Of a stretch of 64,000 nucleotides of DNA, positions 1 to 10,067 are shown piece by piece. The notes beneath the pieces were generated by a model. The model was not told the DNA's origin and did not search any database. It saw only the letters and a program-made list of their open reading frames with translations. The first letter of the stretch is position 1. Each line of letters opens with the position of its first letter. The position numbers and the translations under genes were made by a program. The DNA is from Nanobdellota archaeon (lineage in GTDB: Archaea > Nanobdellota > Nanobdellia > Woesearchaeales > JAGLGH01): assembly GCA_034723595.1 (NCBI GenBank), contig JAYEPB010000078.1, positions 9,592 to 73,591 of the forward strand, read 5' to 3'.

Positions 1-41
1 TAGCTGCCTGCTAAAATATTCTCTTTATCAGAGGGTGTCAT
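1..41 (-). CDS. 5' end of a minus-strand gene continuing off the window (begins MTPSDKENILAGS)
   Basis: Reverse complement of 1-41 starts with ATG and stays open to the window edge. No homology signal. Confidence 0.2.
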   Translation of the reverse strand, partial: MTPSDKENILAGS

Positions 42-166
42 ATTGGTTTCCATTTTTCTTTCTTATCATTCAAATTTCTCCTAAACTGGGTAGTGTCATC
101 AAATACTATATAATAACTTTGATTTAAGCGATAAATTTATATACATAAAATTTTTATAAGATATAT

Positions 167-436
167 ATGGCACGACAGGAATCTCTCAAAAGCAAAAAAG
201 CTTCAAAAAATAAATATACTTGTCAGATTGCGGTTCTTATTTTTGTTGTGATTATCCTGGCAGGAGGCATATATCTTGGATTTGGAATGCCTTCAATAAC
301 AGGGCAGGTTACACTAAACGAGCAGGAGTTCAATATATTGACACCATTTGGATTCAATTTTGGGATGCTGATAATTGGAGTAATTGGAGTAATATATGTC
401 ATATTGTTAATATCAAAGGAGAGTGTTGAAAGATAG
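167..436 (+). CDS. small membrane protein (89 aa, two predicted TM segments)
   Basis: ORF with hydrophobic stretches IAVLIFVVIILAGGIYLGF and MLIIGVIGVIYVILLI. No recognisable family. Confidence 0.3.
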   Translation: MARQESLKSKKASKNKYTCQIAVLIFVVIILAGGIYLGFGMPSITGQVTLNEQEFNILTPFGFNFGMLIIGVIGVIYVILLISKESVER

Positions 437-516
437 CAAAGCGCCTCATATCAGGATTTAGGGGATATGTAATCTCTGGTATTATTTTTATCTTATTATT
501 TGCCAGTCTTGCAAGT

Positions 517-750
517 TTGGGATTCTCTAATATGCCTGGTTTATCCAAATTCATGTCAGTTGTTTCTGAAGAGGGGTTCAGCGGAGCTGGTATCACTGGA
601 GCTGTGGTGGCTATTGGTGAAGAGCCGGCTGCAGAAGAAGCAAAACCACCTAATTTAATAAATGTTGCAATACTTCTTATTGGGTTTTCATTTGTGGTAT
701 CGCTCCTTGCGGTAAGGACAATAAATAAGCAAAGCAAATACCGAACTTGA
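517..750 (+). CDS. small membrane protein (77 aa), Gly/Ala-rich then a C-terminal TM helix
   Basis: ORF ends with PPNLINVAILLIGFSFVVSLLAV plus basic residues. The opposite-strand ORF 399-761 looks like a low-complexity shadow. Confidence 0.25.
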   Translation: MGFSNMPGLSKFMSVVSEEGFSGAGITGAVVAIGEEPAAEEAKPPNLINVAILLIGFSFVVSLLAVRTINKQSKYRT

Positions 751-896
751 AAATAAAACACTTTTCTCCAGTAGAAGACTAGAAAAAAGTTTTTTACAGT
801 AGTATCTAAAATATAGAACTCTTATTTCGCAGCACCTTGGCTCATGAGATTCGATACCAATTAAAAAAGGATTTGCATAGCAAATCTTTTTTATAA

Positions 897-1622
897 TTAT
901 CCCAATATCTCATGGAATGGTGCTTTTGTAGGGAATACATGCAGTCCGTCGTCTCTTATTTGCATTGCAACAACTTTTGGAGAATGCTTTCTTCCTCTCA
1001 TCTTTATTATGGCAACTGCTCTCTCAAACAGATTCTCAAATGGCATCCTGTATAAGCATATTACGCCATCTACTACAAATTCCTCAAAGCCATACCAGCT
1101 GATATCTCTTTTTCCTTCTTTAACTTCGCATGTCATCACAGTTGTGCAGTTTAGTTTTTCAAGAGCAGAAGTGAGTTCAGCCATCGCATGCCTTCTCTCG
1201 CTATCAGTATCAAAAAGCATGAGGAAAAGATTCAACGAATCAATGACAATTCTCTTAGCATTTGATTCCAGAACAACTTCTTTGATCTCTCCTGCTATAT
1301 CTCTTGCATTTGCCTTTGTCTTATCCTTAAAGAATCTGACATTTCCAATAGGGCCGCCAATGACCTTTAGCTTCCCTGCTTTTTCCATCATCTCAAAATC
1401 AATGCCCAACGCTTTCAAGTCCTCAACAAGCTTATGTTTGCCCTCTTCAAATGTCACATAGACAGAGCTCTCTCCTGATGCAAATCCTTTACTTACGAAA
1501 TGCGCAGCGAATATGCTTTTCCCAGTGCCACAGCTTCCAGATATAAGTATTGTCCTGCCCTTTGGGATTCCCCCTGCAAGAAGGGCATCAACCCCTTTTA
1601 TTCCTGATTCAATAAAACTCAT
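897..1622 (-). CDS. KaiC-like / RecA-superfamily ATPase (single KaiC domain)
   Basis: Walker A GSCGTGKS, Walker B-like hydrophobic stretch followed by D (RIVIDS). Overall KaiC/RadA-paralog pattern of about 240 aa. Confidence 0.75.
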   Translation of the reverse strand: MSFIESGIKGVDALLAGGIPKGRTILISGSCGTGKSIFAAHFVSKGFASGESSVYVTFEEGKHKLVEDLKALGIDFEMMEKAGKLKVIGGPIGNVRFFKDKTKANARDIAGEIKEVVLESNAKRIVIDSLNLFLMLFDTDSERRHAMAELTSALEKLNCTTVMTCEVKEGKRDISWYGFEEFVVDGVICLYRMPFENLFERAVAIIKMRGRKHSPKVVAMQIRDDGLHVFPTKAPFHEILG

Positions 1623-1637
1623 TTTTATTACCTCCTT

Positions 1638-2219
1638 TTAACCTGCATATGCAAGTACTTTCTTCTTTATAATAATTTTCTTTGTTGTAATTATGAATAC
1701 CATACCAAATACAAATCCCAGCAGATGAAATATTGTCGATTTAATGACTGCTATATCGAAGCTGGAAGCTAGTGGTTCAATAATAAGTGAAACTGCAAAT
1801 AAAGGTATAATAATGCTTTTTGGAATAAAATTTGAGCCTTTTATTGCAACTGCTCCCATGATTGCGTAGATTCCCATTGAAAGGCCTGCAATGGTCATAT
1901 GCGAAACAATAAGACCAGTCACTAATGCAATGAATATTGATACTGTGAAGAAAGAGCCAAGATATGCCCTGGCTCCAAGATCCACTTCATATGCAAGAAA
2001 TGTTATGACTAAAATTGCAACAATATTCTGGGTAAGATGGCTAAGGCTGATATGGATAAAAGGAAATGTCAACACACGCCAAAATTGGATTGAATGATAG
2101 AATAAATCTCCTGAGAATACCATTATCTCTAATGCATTAGATACTAGAAAGAATGCTAAGCAGCTTATCAAAATAATCGACAAGCAATAAAGCGTAAGCC
2201 TGATTGAAGATATCTTCAC
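1638..2219 (-). CDS. rhomboid-family intramembrane serine protease
   Basis: Six TM segments. TM2 H-x3-N (SHLTQN), TM4 GxSxG (AGLSMG) and TM6 H-x4-G-x3-G (FHLLGFVFG) match the rhomboid catalytic core. Sits 16 bp downstream of the KaiC-like gene on the same strand. Confidence 0.6.
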   Translation of the reverse strand: MKISSIRLTLYCLSIILISCLAFFLVSNALEIMVFSGDLFYHSIQFWRVLTFPFIHISLSHLTQNIVAILVITFLAYEVDLGARAYLGSFFTVSIFIALVTGLIVSHMTIAGLSMGIYAIMGAVAIKGSNFIPKSIIIPLFAVSLIIEPLASSFDIAVIKSTIFHLLGFVFGMVFIITTKKIIIKKKVLAYAG

Positions 2220-2364
2220 AACATCTCCTCCTTGAAATATTTCTCTATCTTTTCGCCCCTCAGGACAAATCTCTTTATCCTGGTTTTAAGCCTGCGAAGA
2301 TACCATAAAACTCCTGCTCCAATAACTGATGCTGAGATTATGCCTAATATGATTATTTCCATAG

Positions 2365-2679
2365 CTAAACACCACCTTTTTCTTTTGCTTTCTTTTTCTT
2401 AGACGAGAATACAATGATTATCCCAGATATTGTAATTACAAGAAGCAATGCTATATCAAAACCCAGAGGGGTAATTCCTATTTTAATCTCACTGTCTGCC
2501 TTAGTCATATCTTCTGCATAAGAACTGCTAAAAGAGATAAATATCACCATACCTGCAGCCAGCGTAAGAAGAAATCCCAATAAAAAGCTGATTCTCAGAG
2601 TGCAACATAATTGGGAAGGAAGTATTTCAGATGAGTTTTTCCCCTGCTTATTAACAAGAGAAGATTTCTTATTTTTCAT
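2365..2679 (-). CDS. small two-TM membrane protein with a Lys-rich C-terminus
   Basis: ORF with two hydrophobic helices. Its stop overlaps the upstream gene (2679) by 1 nt, so the two are likely co-transcribed. Confidence 0.4.
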   Translation of the reverse strand: MKNKKSSLVNKQGKNSSEILPSQLCCTLRISFLLGFLLTLAAGMVIFISFSSSYAEDMTKADSEIKIGITPLGFDIALLLVITISGIIIVFSSKKKKAKEKGGV

Positions 2680-3875
2680 TATTTAGAACCTCTCTGCCAA
2701 TCTCTTTTGCCTGCCGAATATCTTATTGCTACGACAATAAGTATCATTATCATAATAAAAATAATTGGATAGATAGTAAAAGCTAAAGGTTGAATCTTCA
2801 TGCTTTCAGGCAGGATTTGTAATGCAAAAGCTGTGCTTGAGGTCTTATTATTTCCATAATATATTACATTATCTATAAGATATTCTCCTTCTTCATATAT
2901 AGCAAAATCTAATTGAATTTCTCTGCTCTTTCCCTGCGAGACATATAACCTTTTGCTCTCAATAGTTTCAATCACACTGCTGCCTTTGATAATCTGCGTT
3001 TTTAATATAGCATAAGCTGCTGAATCTCCTGTATTCTTCACATAAGAATTAAGATGAACCATGTCTGCTTCATATGCTATCTTTGGAGCTTCAATCTTGA
3101 GGATTTCAAAATCTGGGTATGATTGACCTCCTGTTTCAATAAGCAACTGATAATTATTTGCTGAAATAAGGTCTCCAGATTGCACTACTTCAATAACTAT
3201 ATTGTGTTTACCCTGAGCTATATCAGAAGAATCTAGATTCAGTATCTTTTCAATATTCTGCATTGGATTTATCTTTATGACAAAAGGGAATACATTCCTG
3301 CCTATATAAGCATTAATTACAATATCTTCTGCAGTATTTCCCTTGTTTGTCAGGTTTACAGCTATATCAATTAACGAGCCTTGCTCTGCTCCATATACTT
3401 CTACATTTTCTATTGCTATATCAGATATAGTCTTTTTTACAGCGCCAATAACAATCTCTATACTTTCTGTTCTCTTATTTTTTAATATAGAGGGAATAAT
3501 ATTAGTGAATTCCATATTTATGGTTGTATAATATAATCCCTCAGCAATATTCTCTGGAAGTTTTATCATTATCTTCAATGCAAGAGGGGATGTTTTGCTT
3601 ATTTCCATGCGATTAGGGTTGAGGGTAATCCATTCTTTTGCCTGCCCATCTGGTAAGAAAGTAACCAAAAATCCCTCATCACTATCTGTGTGGATATTGA
3701 CGAGGATTTCTCTGTATCCCCCAATTAGGATATTCTCTGCTTGTATAGAGTCAGGAATGATATCTATAGAACGCTCTTCTGCAATTGCAATTGAGCAAAA
3801 AGAGAGAAATACTACTACTATTATTATTTGTCTTAGTGTTGTCCATATAATTTCACGCATCATATATCCCCCCAT
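2679..3875 (-). CDS. cell-surface protein with an N-terminal signal/TM segment and a C-terminal TM anchor
   Basis: N-terminus IIIVVVFLSFCSIAIA, C-terminal TM IYPIIFIMIMILIVVAI followed by basic residues. Beta-rich repetitive middle region. No enzymatic motif seen. Confidence 0.45.
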   Translation of the reverse strand: MGGYMMREIIWTTLRQIIIVVVFLSFCSIAIAEERSIDIIPDSIQAENILIGGYREILVNIHTDSDEGFLVTFLPDGQAKEWITLNPNRMEISKTSPLALKIMIKLPENIAEGLYYTTINMEFTNIIPSILKNKRTESIEIVIGAVKKTISDIAIENVEVYGAEQGSLIDIAVNLTNKGNTAEDIVINAYIGRNVFPFVIKINPMQNIEKILNLDSSDIAQGKHNIVIEVVQSGDLISANNYQLLIETGGQSYPDFEILKIEAPKIAYEADMVHLNSYVKNTGDSAAYAILKTQIIKGSSVIETIESKRLYVSQGKSREIQLDFAIYEEGEYLIDNVIYYGNNKTSSTAFALQILPESMKIQPLAFTIYPIIFIMIMILIVVAIRYSAGKRDWQRGSK

Positions 3876-4035
3876 GTTTCAATGATTTTAATACTTTGCA
3901 TTCTATCTAAATTAATAATTCCTTTCAGTGATTATAAAAAGATTCGGTTGTAGGATTAAATGCAGATATATATTCTTGTTTGTTTATGAAACTACACTCT
4001 CTGGATTTACGCAAATCTTGCAAAAGTTCTCTATT

Positions 4036-4854
4036 CTAAAAATTCCTTATGATTGTTCCGTTGCTTCCTAATTCTTTATTCTCATTCTGTACAAGATAAT
4101 TGCATTTCTGGTAATAGAGTGTTCTTTTGTCAAGCACTTTTCCAAAATTGCTCTTTAGCAGATCATGCCTGCTTATTTCAGGAATTATTTTCTGCTTATC
4201 TGTGTTAAAAGCAGAATATATCCCATCAACGTCCTTTAGATATATTACTTTTCTGACTGCCCTGTCAAAAAATCCAATTAATGCTGCAACAAGGTCAGAT
4301 GCATTCTTCCCAAGAAGAACTTTTTCACCATTAGTGTTCTCTGCGCCAAATCCACTTATAACCACGACCTTGTTTTTAGGCATGTTATTATTGAATCTTT
4401 GCATTGAGTTGATATTATCAATAGATGCATAAAGATAGCTGCTGTTTGCAATTATTGGAAATTCTGATCCCTGAAGCAATAGGGCTGCATCAATGCCCTC
4501 CTCTTTTAATTTAGATGACAGCCTTTTTGCTGAATTAATCTCTCCCTGGAGAAGATAAGATGCAATAAAAGGATCATCATATACTTCATTGAATTCAGGT
4601 CTGGTAACTTCATTATTAAGAATATCATCAATATATTTTCTCTCTTCTTGGCATATCAAAAGGTTATTAATTAATTGATCTGTTCTTCCTTTTCTTGCAG
4701 AGACTACAACATAGAGACTCTGAAAACTATTGGTTTTAACATAAGTCTTTATCTTTTTAGCAATTTGGGTATAGTGTCCATATGTTTTTAACACACTGCC
4801 TCCTATTTTGATGACTTCATTGTAGCTTTCGCTTATGTTTTTTTCTAGTCTCAT
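4036..4854 (-). CDS. amino-acid kinase family protein (aspartokinase-like catalytic domain without ACT domains)
   Basis: N-terminal KIGGSVL glycine loop and the VVVSARKGRTDQL motif typical of aspartate/uridylate kinase folds. 272 aa. Confidence 0.5.
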   Translation of the reverse strand: MRLEKNISESYNEVIKIGGSVLKTYGHYTQIAKKIKTYVKTNSFQSLYVVVSARKGRTDQLINNLLICQEERKYIDDILNNEVTRPEFNEVYDDPFIASYLLQGEINSAKRLSSKLKEEGIDAALLLQGSEFPIIANSSYLYASIDNINSMQRFNNNMPKNKVVVISGFGAENTNGEKVLLGKNASDLVAALIGFFDRAVRKVIYLKDVDGIYSAFNTDKQKIIPEISRHDLLKSNFGKVLDKRTLYYQKCNYLVQNENKELGSNGTIIRNF

Positions 4855-5162
4855 TTTTTAGTACCTCCAGAATTGAATTTGTTAAGATTAGGAACTTAAA
4901 ACAATGAGACAGCATATGCCATCTTAGTTGTTTTAGTATATTTGGTTTTATAACTAGTAAAATAAGAAGTTTCTATTATACCAGGACCAGTGAAATCTTC
5001 CATAATCAGTTGAATTTAACTTCTTATATAAAAGGTTTTCCCTGAAGAAAAGGTTTGATTCTATCCAAATTTAGTTAAATATATAAACCCCCTCTGTTTA
5101 TTTGATTTATATTGTGACCATCTATACTATAAACATGTAATATTAGTTGAATATTTTAACTA

Positions 5163-5780
5163 ATGCAGGGGGGGGATTTCATGCAACAACCAATAAAATT
5201 GACAAAAAATGAAAAACTTGCTTTAAAATTTCTGATAAAAGACGGACGTATATCTGACGTAGATATATCAAAAAAATTGAGGATAACAACACAGGCTGTA
5301 GGAAAAATCAGGCGAAAGCTTGAAACCATCGGCATAATAAGAGGTTATTCTACAAACATAGATTATGGAAGGATTGGAGTTAATACATTTGCTCTTGTTG
5401 TGATGAGACTGACACTTAAGAGCTGGGAAGAATTAGGAGAACTTGGTATTGAGAAATTAGTGCTCAAGAACCCGCACATCGTCAATATCTATAGAATTCC
5501 AGAAGGTTCTGCAACACATGTGGGATTATATGGATTTAGGGATCTTGATGAACTGGACAGATTTTTTCATATTATGCAGACATCTTCTGCATATAATCAG
5601 TATGTTGAACTCAAGAAGATTTATGTCTTTTCCAACCATTCATTAATAAAAGATTCCCCTGCTCAACTTATATGCAAAGTTATTGATGAGATGGGTAAAG
5701 AAAGAATAAATGCCAAGCCCCTACCTTTTGTAGAGATTGACAGATTTGGAAATAAGGTTTCAGGAAAGAATAGCTTTTAA
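5163..5780 (+). CDS. Lrp/AsnC-family transcriptional regulator
   Basis: HTH region LIKDGRISDVDISKKLRITTQAVGKIRRKLE followed by a ligand-binding (RAM-like) domain. True start is probably the ATG at 5181 (MQQPIKL), preceded by a G8 tract acting as the SD. Confidence 0.6.
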   Translation: MQGGDFMQQPIKLTKNEKLALKFLIKDGRISDVDISKKLRITTQAVGKIRRKLETIGIIRGYSTNIDYGRIGVNTFALVVMRLTLKSWEELGELGIEKLVLKNPHIVNIYRIPEGSATHVGLYGFRDLDELDRFFHIMQTSSAYNQYVELKKIYVFSNHSLIKDSPAQLICKVIDEMGKERINAKPLPFVEIDRFGNKVSGKNSF

Positions 5781-5801
5781 ATATAGGAAACTTCGTAACT
5801 C

Positions 5802-6275
5802 ATGGCAAAGAAAAAAAAGAATATAGTTATGTACTTCTCAATGTTTGGCAAGAATGAGAAGATAGCAGATATCATTTCAATAGAGTTTGATGCGCTGAAG
5901 ATAAAGATTGCTACTTCTGGCTGGGGGCTGCTGAAGATACCAATGCATATGCTTAGAGGACTTTTGGAAAGAGATGTTGTGATGATTCCTAACACAAATC
6001 TGCAGGATTATAATATGATTTATATTGGCGGTCCAGTCTGGGCAGGCAAGCCATGCCCTGCACTTATGGACTTGATTAGGAAGATCCATATTAAAGGCAA
6101 GAATGTTGTGCTGTTCCTTACTGCTAAAGATGATTTTGGAAATGCTGAAGAACTGCTGAGAGAAGCTGTGAAGAAAAAAGGCGCAGAAGTGAAGGCATTG
6201 TTCAGGTTCCTGACAAGCGAGAATGAGGAAAAGATTAAAAAAAGATTCAAAGAGAAAGGATTAAGTTTTGACTGA
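5802..6275 (+). CDS. flavodoxin-like fold protein
   Basis: Alternating beta-alpha pattern and a segment IYIGGPVWAGKPCPALMDLI resembling flavodoxin/WrbA-type FMN-binding proteins. Weak call. Confidence 0.3.
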   Translation: MAKKKKNIVMYFSMFGKNEKIADIISIEFDALKIKIATSGWGLLKIPMHMLRGLLERDVVMIPNTNLQDYNMIYIGGPVWAGKPCPALMDLIRKIHIKGKNVVLFLTAKDDFGNAEELLREAVKKKGAEVKALFRFLTSENEEKIKKRFKEKGLSFD

Positions 6276-8315
6276 TGATGCTGGTGCTCCTTGAATAGTA
6301 GATTTGTTACTTACTTTTTTACCATAAATGTAAATATACTTCCAGGCAAATCCCTGTTTTCTTTCTATCTTTACATCAAATCCACACTGGCTAAATAGAT
6401 CTTTGATTGCTTTATTATCAGAAAGCCAATCTATGTTAGGAATTATATCAAAAAATTTGTTATACTCAACAAAACATATCTTTGCGCCTTTCTTAAGCAG
6501 TTTGTTCATGTGTGTCAGCACCTTGACAGGATTCTGAACATAACCGAGCATGCCTACAGATACGATGACATGCACATTAGGGACATCAGGATGCACTCTT
6601 TTATGATGAAGAGGGTCATGTAGTAAAGTAATATGCTTATGGCCTCTTTTCTCCATCCTCTTTTTGGTTATTGAAATATCTCGTTCACAGATATCTGTTG
6701 CATAGATTCTTCCTTTCTTCCCTACTTCTTCAGCAAGATGCATTGTGAGTGTCCCGACAGAACACCCAAATTCAAGAACTGTTTTTCCATGTATATTACC
6801 TATTAGCTTTATGACCTCTTTCCTCACTTTCACAGGCAGCATCAGGCGTTCAGTAAAGAGTGCTACATAGGCCAGCACATTATTGGTCTTCCTGACAGCC
6901 TTTGGATTATAATACATCTCAAGAAGGAAGTATATCGGCAGACCTACAAAAATCAGCGAGGCACCTAATCTCAGAATGTGCGTAGCGCCAGCTGTTTCTT
7001 TTATCCACATCCCTAATAAAAATATATTAAAGAGAATCACAATAAGAGGTCCAACCCTTGCAAAAGGAACCCGGTAGTATCTTTTGAGATTAGGTTTCTT
7101 ATCCCTTAATAAAGTCAGGCTGAATAAGACAGCAGAATACATTATCAATACTATTGGCACCAGAAGGTGCAGCAGAGTCAGGTAAGATCCTGCAGCGATA
7201 AAGACCAGAATAGAACTGATGATAGTCTGCAGTATTATGGCTTTGTGAGGTGTATAATATTTTGGATGTATCTTTGCAAATTGAGGAAGGAAAAGCTTGT
7301 CTTTTGCCATGGCAAGTATCAGGCGCGGTGCTGCAATGATCCATCCTGCAACTGATCCAATAATAGCCAGATAAACAAGCAATGTAAATATCGTTGAACC
7401 AATTGCCCCAAAGTGGACTGCTGCAAGGTCTGAAAGCGGCGCAGAGGACTCGCCAAATGTCTGCCAGGGAATCGCACTCATGGATGTTATAACAAATAAT
7501 AAGGAGATGACTGCTATTATAATGGTTCCATAAATTAATGCTTTAGGCATGACTCTTGCTCCATCTTTAGTCTCAGCAGCAAGAAAAGTGGAAGTCTCCC
7601 ATCCAAAAAATGTTTCTGCGACCAAAAATATTGTAACCATTATAGAAGATATAGGAAATACAAAAAAAGGGCTGAGGGTTGATGTCTTAAATGATGCTAA
7701 TCCTGGAATAATCAGCGCAAGCAGAGTGCCTATAGTGATGAAAGCAAAAGTCACGAGCATTACTGAACTTGTTTTCATTCCATGATATGCGATAAAGTTA
7801 AATATGAATATGAATGTAAGTGAGAAAAGTATCTGGGCCCAGACTATTTGCCCCGGAATAAGATATTGTATTGCTCCTACAACAAGCATAGCGATTGTGA
7901 TATTCCCAGCTATCAGTGTGCCCCAGCCGATTATGAAACTCCCGAACCTGCCATAAGCCTGCTTGCAGAATTCATATATCCCTCCTTCTTTTGGAAACAT
8001 GCTTGTTAACTCAGCAAAGCACATCGCGATATATATAGCAATGATTGAAAGTATGGCCCATGAAATCAATGAAGCAGGGCCTGCATGCTTGGCTCCTAAA
8101 GCAGGAAGGAAAAATATTCCAGTTCCCATTATAGAATTGATTGTGATTAGAAGGATTACTTTGAAGCTAAGTACTTTCTTCAGTTCTGTCATGGTGTGGA
8201 TATGGTGTTGAATGTATATAAAATGTTCGTTTTTAAAAATTTTGTTTTGTAACATTTTTAATGCTTGAATTGGAAAGAAAGAATATTTAAAAGAAAAAAT
8301 ATTTTTGGCTTGCAA
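6261..8315 (-). CDS. APC-family amino-acid permease fused to a C-terminal class I SAM-dependent methyltransferase domain
   Basis: About 460 aa with roughly 12 TM helices typical of amino acid/polyamine permeases. C-terminal domain carries MTase motif I VLEFGCSVG, post-I acidic IYATDI and motif II HVIVSVGMLGYV. Confidence 0.6.
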   Translation of the reverse strand: MQAKNIFSFKYSFFPIQALKMLQNKIFKNEHFIYIQHHIHTMTELKKVLSFKVILLITINSIMGTGIFFLPALGAKHAGPASLISWAILSIIAIYIAMCFAELTSMFPKEGGIYEFCKQAYGRFGSFIIGWGTLIAGNITIAMLVVGAIQYLIPGQIVWAQILFSLTFIFIFNFIAYHGMKTSSVMLVTFAFITIGTLLALIIPGLASFKTSTLSPFFVFPISSIMVTIFLVAETFFGWETSTFLAAETKDGARVMPKALIYGTIIIAVISLLFVITSMSAIPWQTFGESSAPLSDLAAVHFGAIGSTIFTLLVYLAIIGSVAGWIIAAPRLILAMAKDKLFLPQFAKIHPKYYTPHKAIILQTIISSILVFIAAGSYLTLLHLLVPIVLIMYSAVLFSLTLLRDKKPNLKRYYRVPFARVGPLIVILFNIFLLGMWIKETAGATHILRLGASLIFVGLPIYFLLEMYYNPKAVRKTNNVLAYVALFTERLMLPVKVRKEVIKLIGNIHGKTVLEFGCSVGTLTMHLAEEVGKKGRIYATDICERDISITKKRMEKRGHKHITLLHDPLHHKRVHPDVPNVHVIVSVGMLGYVQNPVKVLTHMNKLLKKGAKICFVEYNKFFDIIPNIDWLSDNKAIKDLFSQCGFDVKIERKQGFAWKYIYIYGKKVSNKSTIQGAPASSVKT

Positions 8316-8402
8316 AAGTTATTTTCAATCATTGATTATATCCTAATTTCCTTCTAAGATATCTTTCAGGAATACTCAGCTGGAATACTCAGGGATTTTC
8401 TA

Positions 8403-8633
8403 TTACTTATTAATGTTTTCTCCTGATCTATTTCCGTAAGTCTTAAAATTATCATAGAGTCGATTTTCCACAGCTAAATCAAGCTTATATTGTTCATTTA
8501 TTCGCTTAAGCTTATAGTTATGCTGGATGCCTTCTATTGTCACAGCTGTTTGATATCTTTCATTAATGTTTCGTATCTTTTTTGTGTGGCTTATATTTGC
8601 CCTAATTTTTTCTGATAATATTTTTTGTGTCAT
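8403..8633 (-). CDS. hypothetical small basic protein (76 aa)
   Basis: ORF only. Divergent from the conserved leader at 8676-8817. Confidence 0.25.
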   Translation of the reverse strand: MTQKILSEKIRANISHTKKIRNINERYQTAVTIEGIQHNYKLKRINEQYKLDLAVENRLYDNFKTYGNRSGENINK

Positions 8634-8675
8634 GGTAGTGCTTAGGAATGATTTATTATTAATAAGTTTTGTCTA

Positions 8676-8817
8676 ACTTTTTTCGCAAATGTTCCGAATC
8701 CAAAGTTCTTCCGATATCATCGGAAAATATAGTGTTTTTTTACCGTAATCCATTTTAAAGGCAACAGATTTTGGATGATTAATAAAAATTCCAACAAAAG
8801 TTGGGGAGGAAAATAAA
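8676..8817 (+). promoter_or_regulatory. conserved leader / divergent promoter region, copy 1 of 2, with palindrome TTCCGAT-ATC-ATCGGAA at 8709-8725 and a GGGGAGG SD
   Basis: About 140 bp that is about 85% identical to 10068-10211 (seen directly). Contains a 7-bp inverted repeat and a strong Shine-Dalgarno 8 nt before the ATG. Confidence 0.55.
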
Positions 8818-9306
8818 ATGGGAGAGCCATTACCACTTATTGTTAAATTACAAGAATATACAGATAAATACGAGGGATTAATGAAAAGAATAGATGAATC
8901 CTATCTGAATGAGAATTTTGGAACATTGCTAGGTTATATCCTTAGTGCGACCCCAGACCAATTGAATCCAGGAGGATACACTAATGATGAAAAAGAATTC
9001 GCACAAATGTTGGGAGATTATTATAATATAAATAAAAAGGCAGAGGATTATTTAGAAAACTTGAGAAATAAAAACGGAAAAGATTATCCAATAGACTTAA
9101 GAGCCCTAGCTTCTAGAAAAGAGATAAGAATGGGTGATGAGATAATGCTAAATGCAATAGATAAAAACAAAAGTTTAATCGAATGCCCGTTAGATGATAT
9201 AATAAATGAGTATAGTGAAAGAATTATTAAAGTAGAAAATATAGAAGATACGGATTATAAATATAGATTCATAGATCTCATTATCTCAAGATATTGCTGG
9301 GATTAA
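8818..9306 (+). CDS. hypothetical protein, paralog A of the 10212 gene (shared DESYLNENFGTLL.YIL N-terminal block)
   Basis: ORF. The first ~40 codons and the leader are near-identical to those of 10212-10637 at nucleotide level; the rest is diverged. Ends RYCWD, with no Gly-Gly. Confidence 0.5.
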   Translation: MGEPLPLIVKLQEYTDKYEGLMKRIDESYLNENFGTLLGYILSATPDQLNPGGYTNDEKEFAQMLGDYYNINKKAEDYLENLRNKNGKDYPIDLRALASRKEIRMGDEIMLNAIDKNKSLIECPLDDIINEYSERIIKVENIEDTDYKYRFIDLIISRYCWD

Positions 9307-9331
9307 TGTATCTAAAACTGAATTGATTTTT

Positions 9332-10027
9332 TTATTTTTTTAAAAATTTTATTCCAATCTGTTCTTCAATCTTTTTCCAGTTATAAATCAAAGCATCCTC
9401 ACACATATTGCATAACTTCAAAGTATCAGGATAATAATTAAATACACAACTATGTGTTACATTATAGGCTTTAGCAAGCTTCTTAGAACCATTTATTGCA
9501 TCCCCATGATGTTCTCCCAGTCCTAAAAGATGAACTGCTTCGTGTTTTGCAATTTTCTTTATAAAATCTCTTGCAGATTGTCTCTCTTTTGGAAGGTACA
9601 TATAAATAATTCCACTTCCAAATGCACCAAATCCCCAATCATAGTTATTATATGGGGCTTTTTGATCAATTATAATAACAGATGCATGAAAGTTACTGGT
9701 TCTGTTTTTATTCATATAAACTTCATCAGCAGAATAACTAATAGATTCAAAAAGATTACCCCCACATCTTAAATTATTTACAGCAGTTTCAACAGAATTA
9801 TCTACATAAGAATTCTTTACTTTAAAATCCATATTGAGTTCGTGAATTAATTCAAATAAGCCTTGTTTAACTGGTTCAACACAATAATCTGGAACATTTG
9901 AATAATTAAAGATTCCAATCTCCTTGCTCATAATCCAAGCAGGAAGTCTACTAAGTCTAATGTCAAGATAATTCATATACCTCCATTTCTGTTTGTAGAT
10001 TTCAGATTCATCCTTGTTATTTATCAT
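9332..10027 (-). CDS. HExxH zinc metallopeptidase, archaemetzincin-like
   Basis: HEAVHLLGLGEHH zincin motif followed by a Cys cluster (SCVFN...CNMC), reminiscent of the archaemetzincin HExxHxxGxxxH plus CxxC arrangement. The spacing is off by one residue, so the family call is tentative. Confidence 0.45.
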   Translation of the reverse strand: MINNKDESEIYKQKWRYMNYLDIRLSRLPAWIMSKEIGIFNYSNVPDYCVEPVKQGLFELIHELNMDFKVKNSYVDNSVETAVNNLRCGGNLFESISYSADEVYMNKNRTSNFHASVIIIDQKAPYNNYDWGFGAFGSGIIYMYLPKERQSARDFIKKIAKHEAVHLLGLGEHHGDAINGSKKLAKAYNVTHSCVFNYYPDTLKLCNMCEDALIYNWKKIEEQIGIKFLKK

Positions 10028-10067
10028 TTTAAAAATTATAAATCAGTTCCTTTTAATATATTTACCT

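Noticed and set aside
399-761. 120-aa ORF on the minus strand
   Set aside because: Low-complexity translation (A/S/P-rich) overlapping two plus-strand small membrane-protein ORFs that look more protein-like. Treated as a shadow ORF.
1009-1461. 150-aa plus-strand ORF
   Set aside because: Lies antisense inside the well-supported KaiC-like gene. Ser/Phe-rich shadow of an AT-rich gene.
5161-5180. G8 homopolymer tract considered as a phase-variation slip site
   Set aside because: It sits 7 nt upstream of a good ATG (5181) and most simply acts as a strong Shine-Dalgarno. Other genes here also use GGGGAGG-type SDs.
7099-8211. Several 60-80-aa ORFs on both strands inside the permease-MTase gene
   Set aside because: Embedded in a long ORF with clear transporter and MTase motifs; no independent signals.
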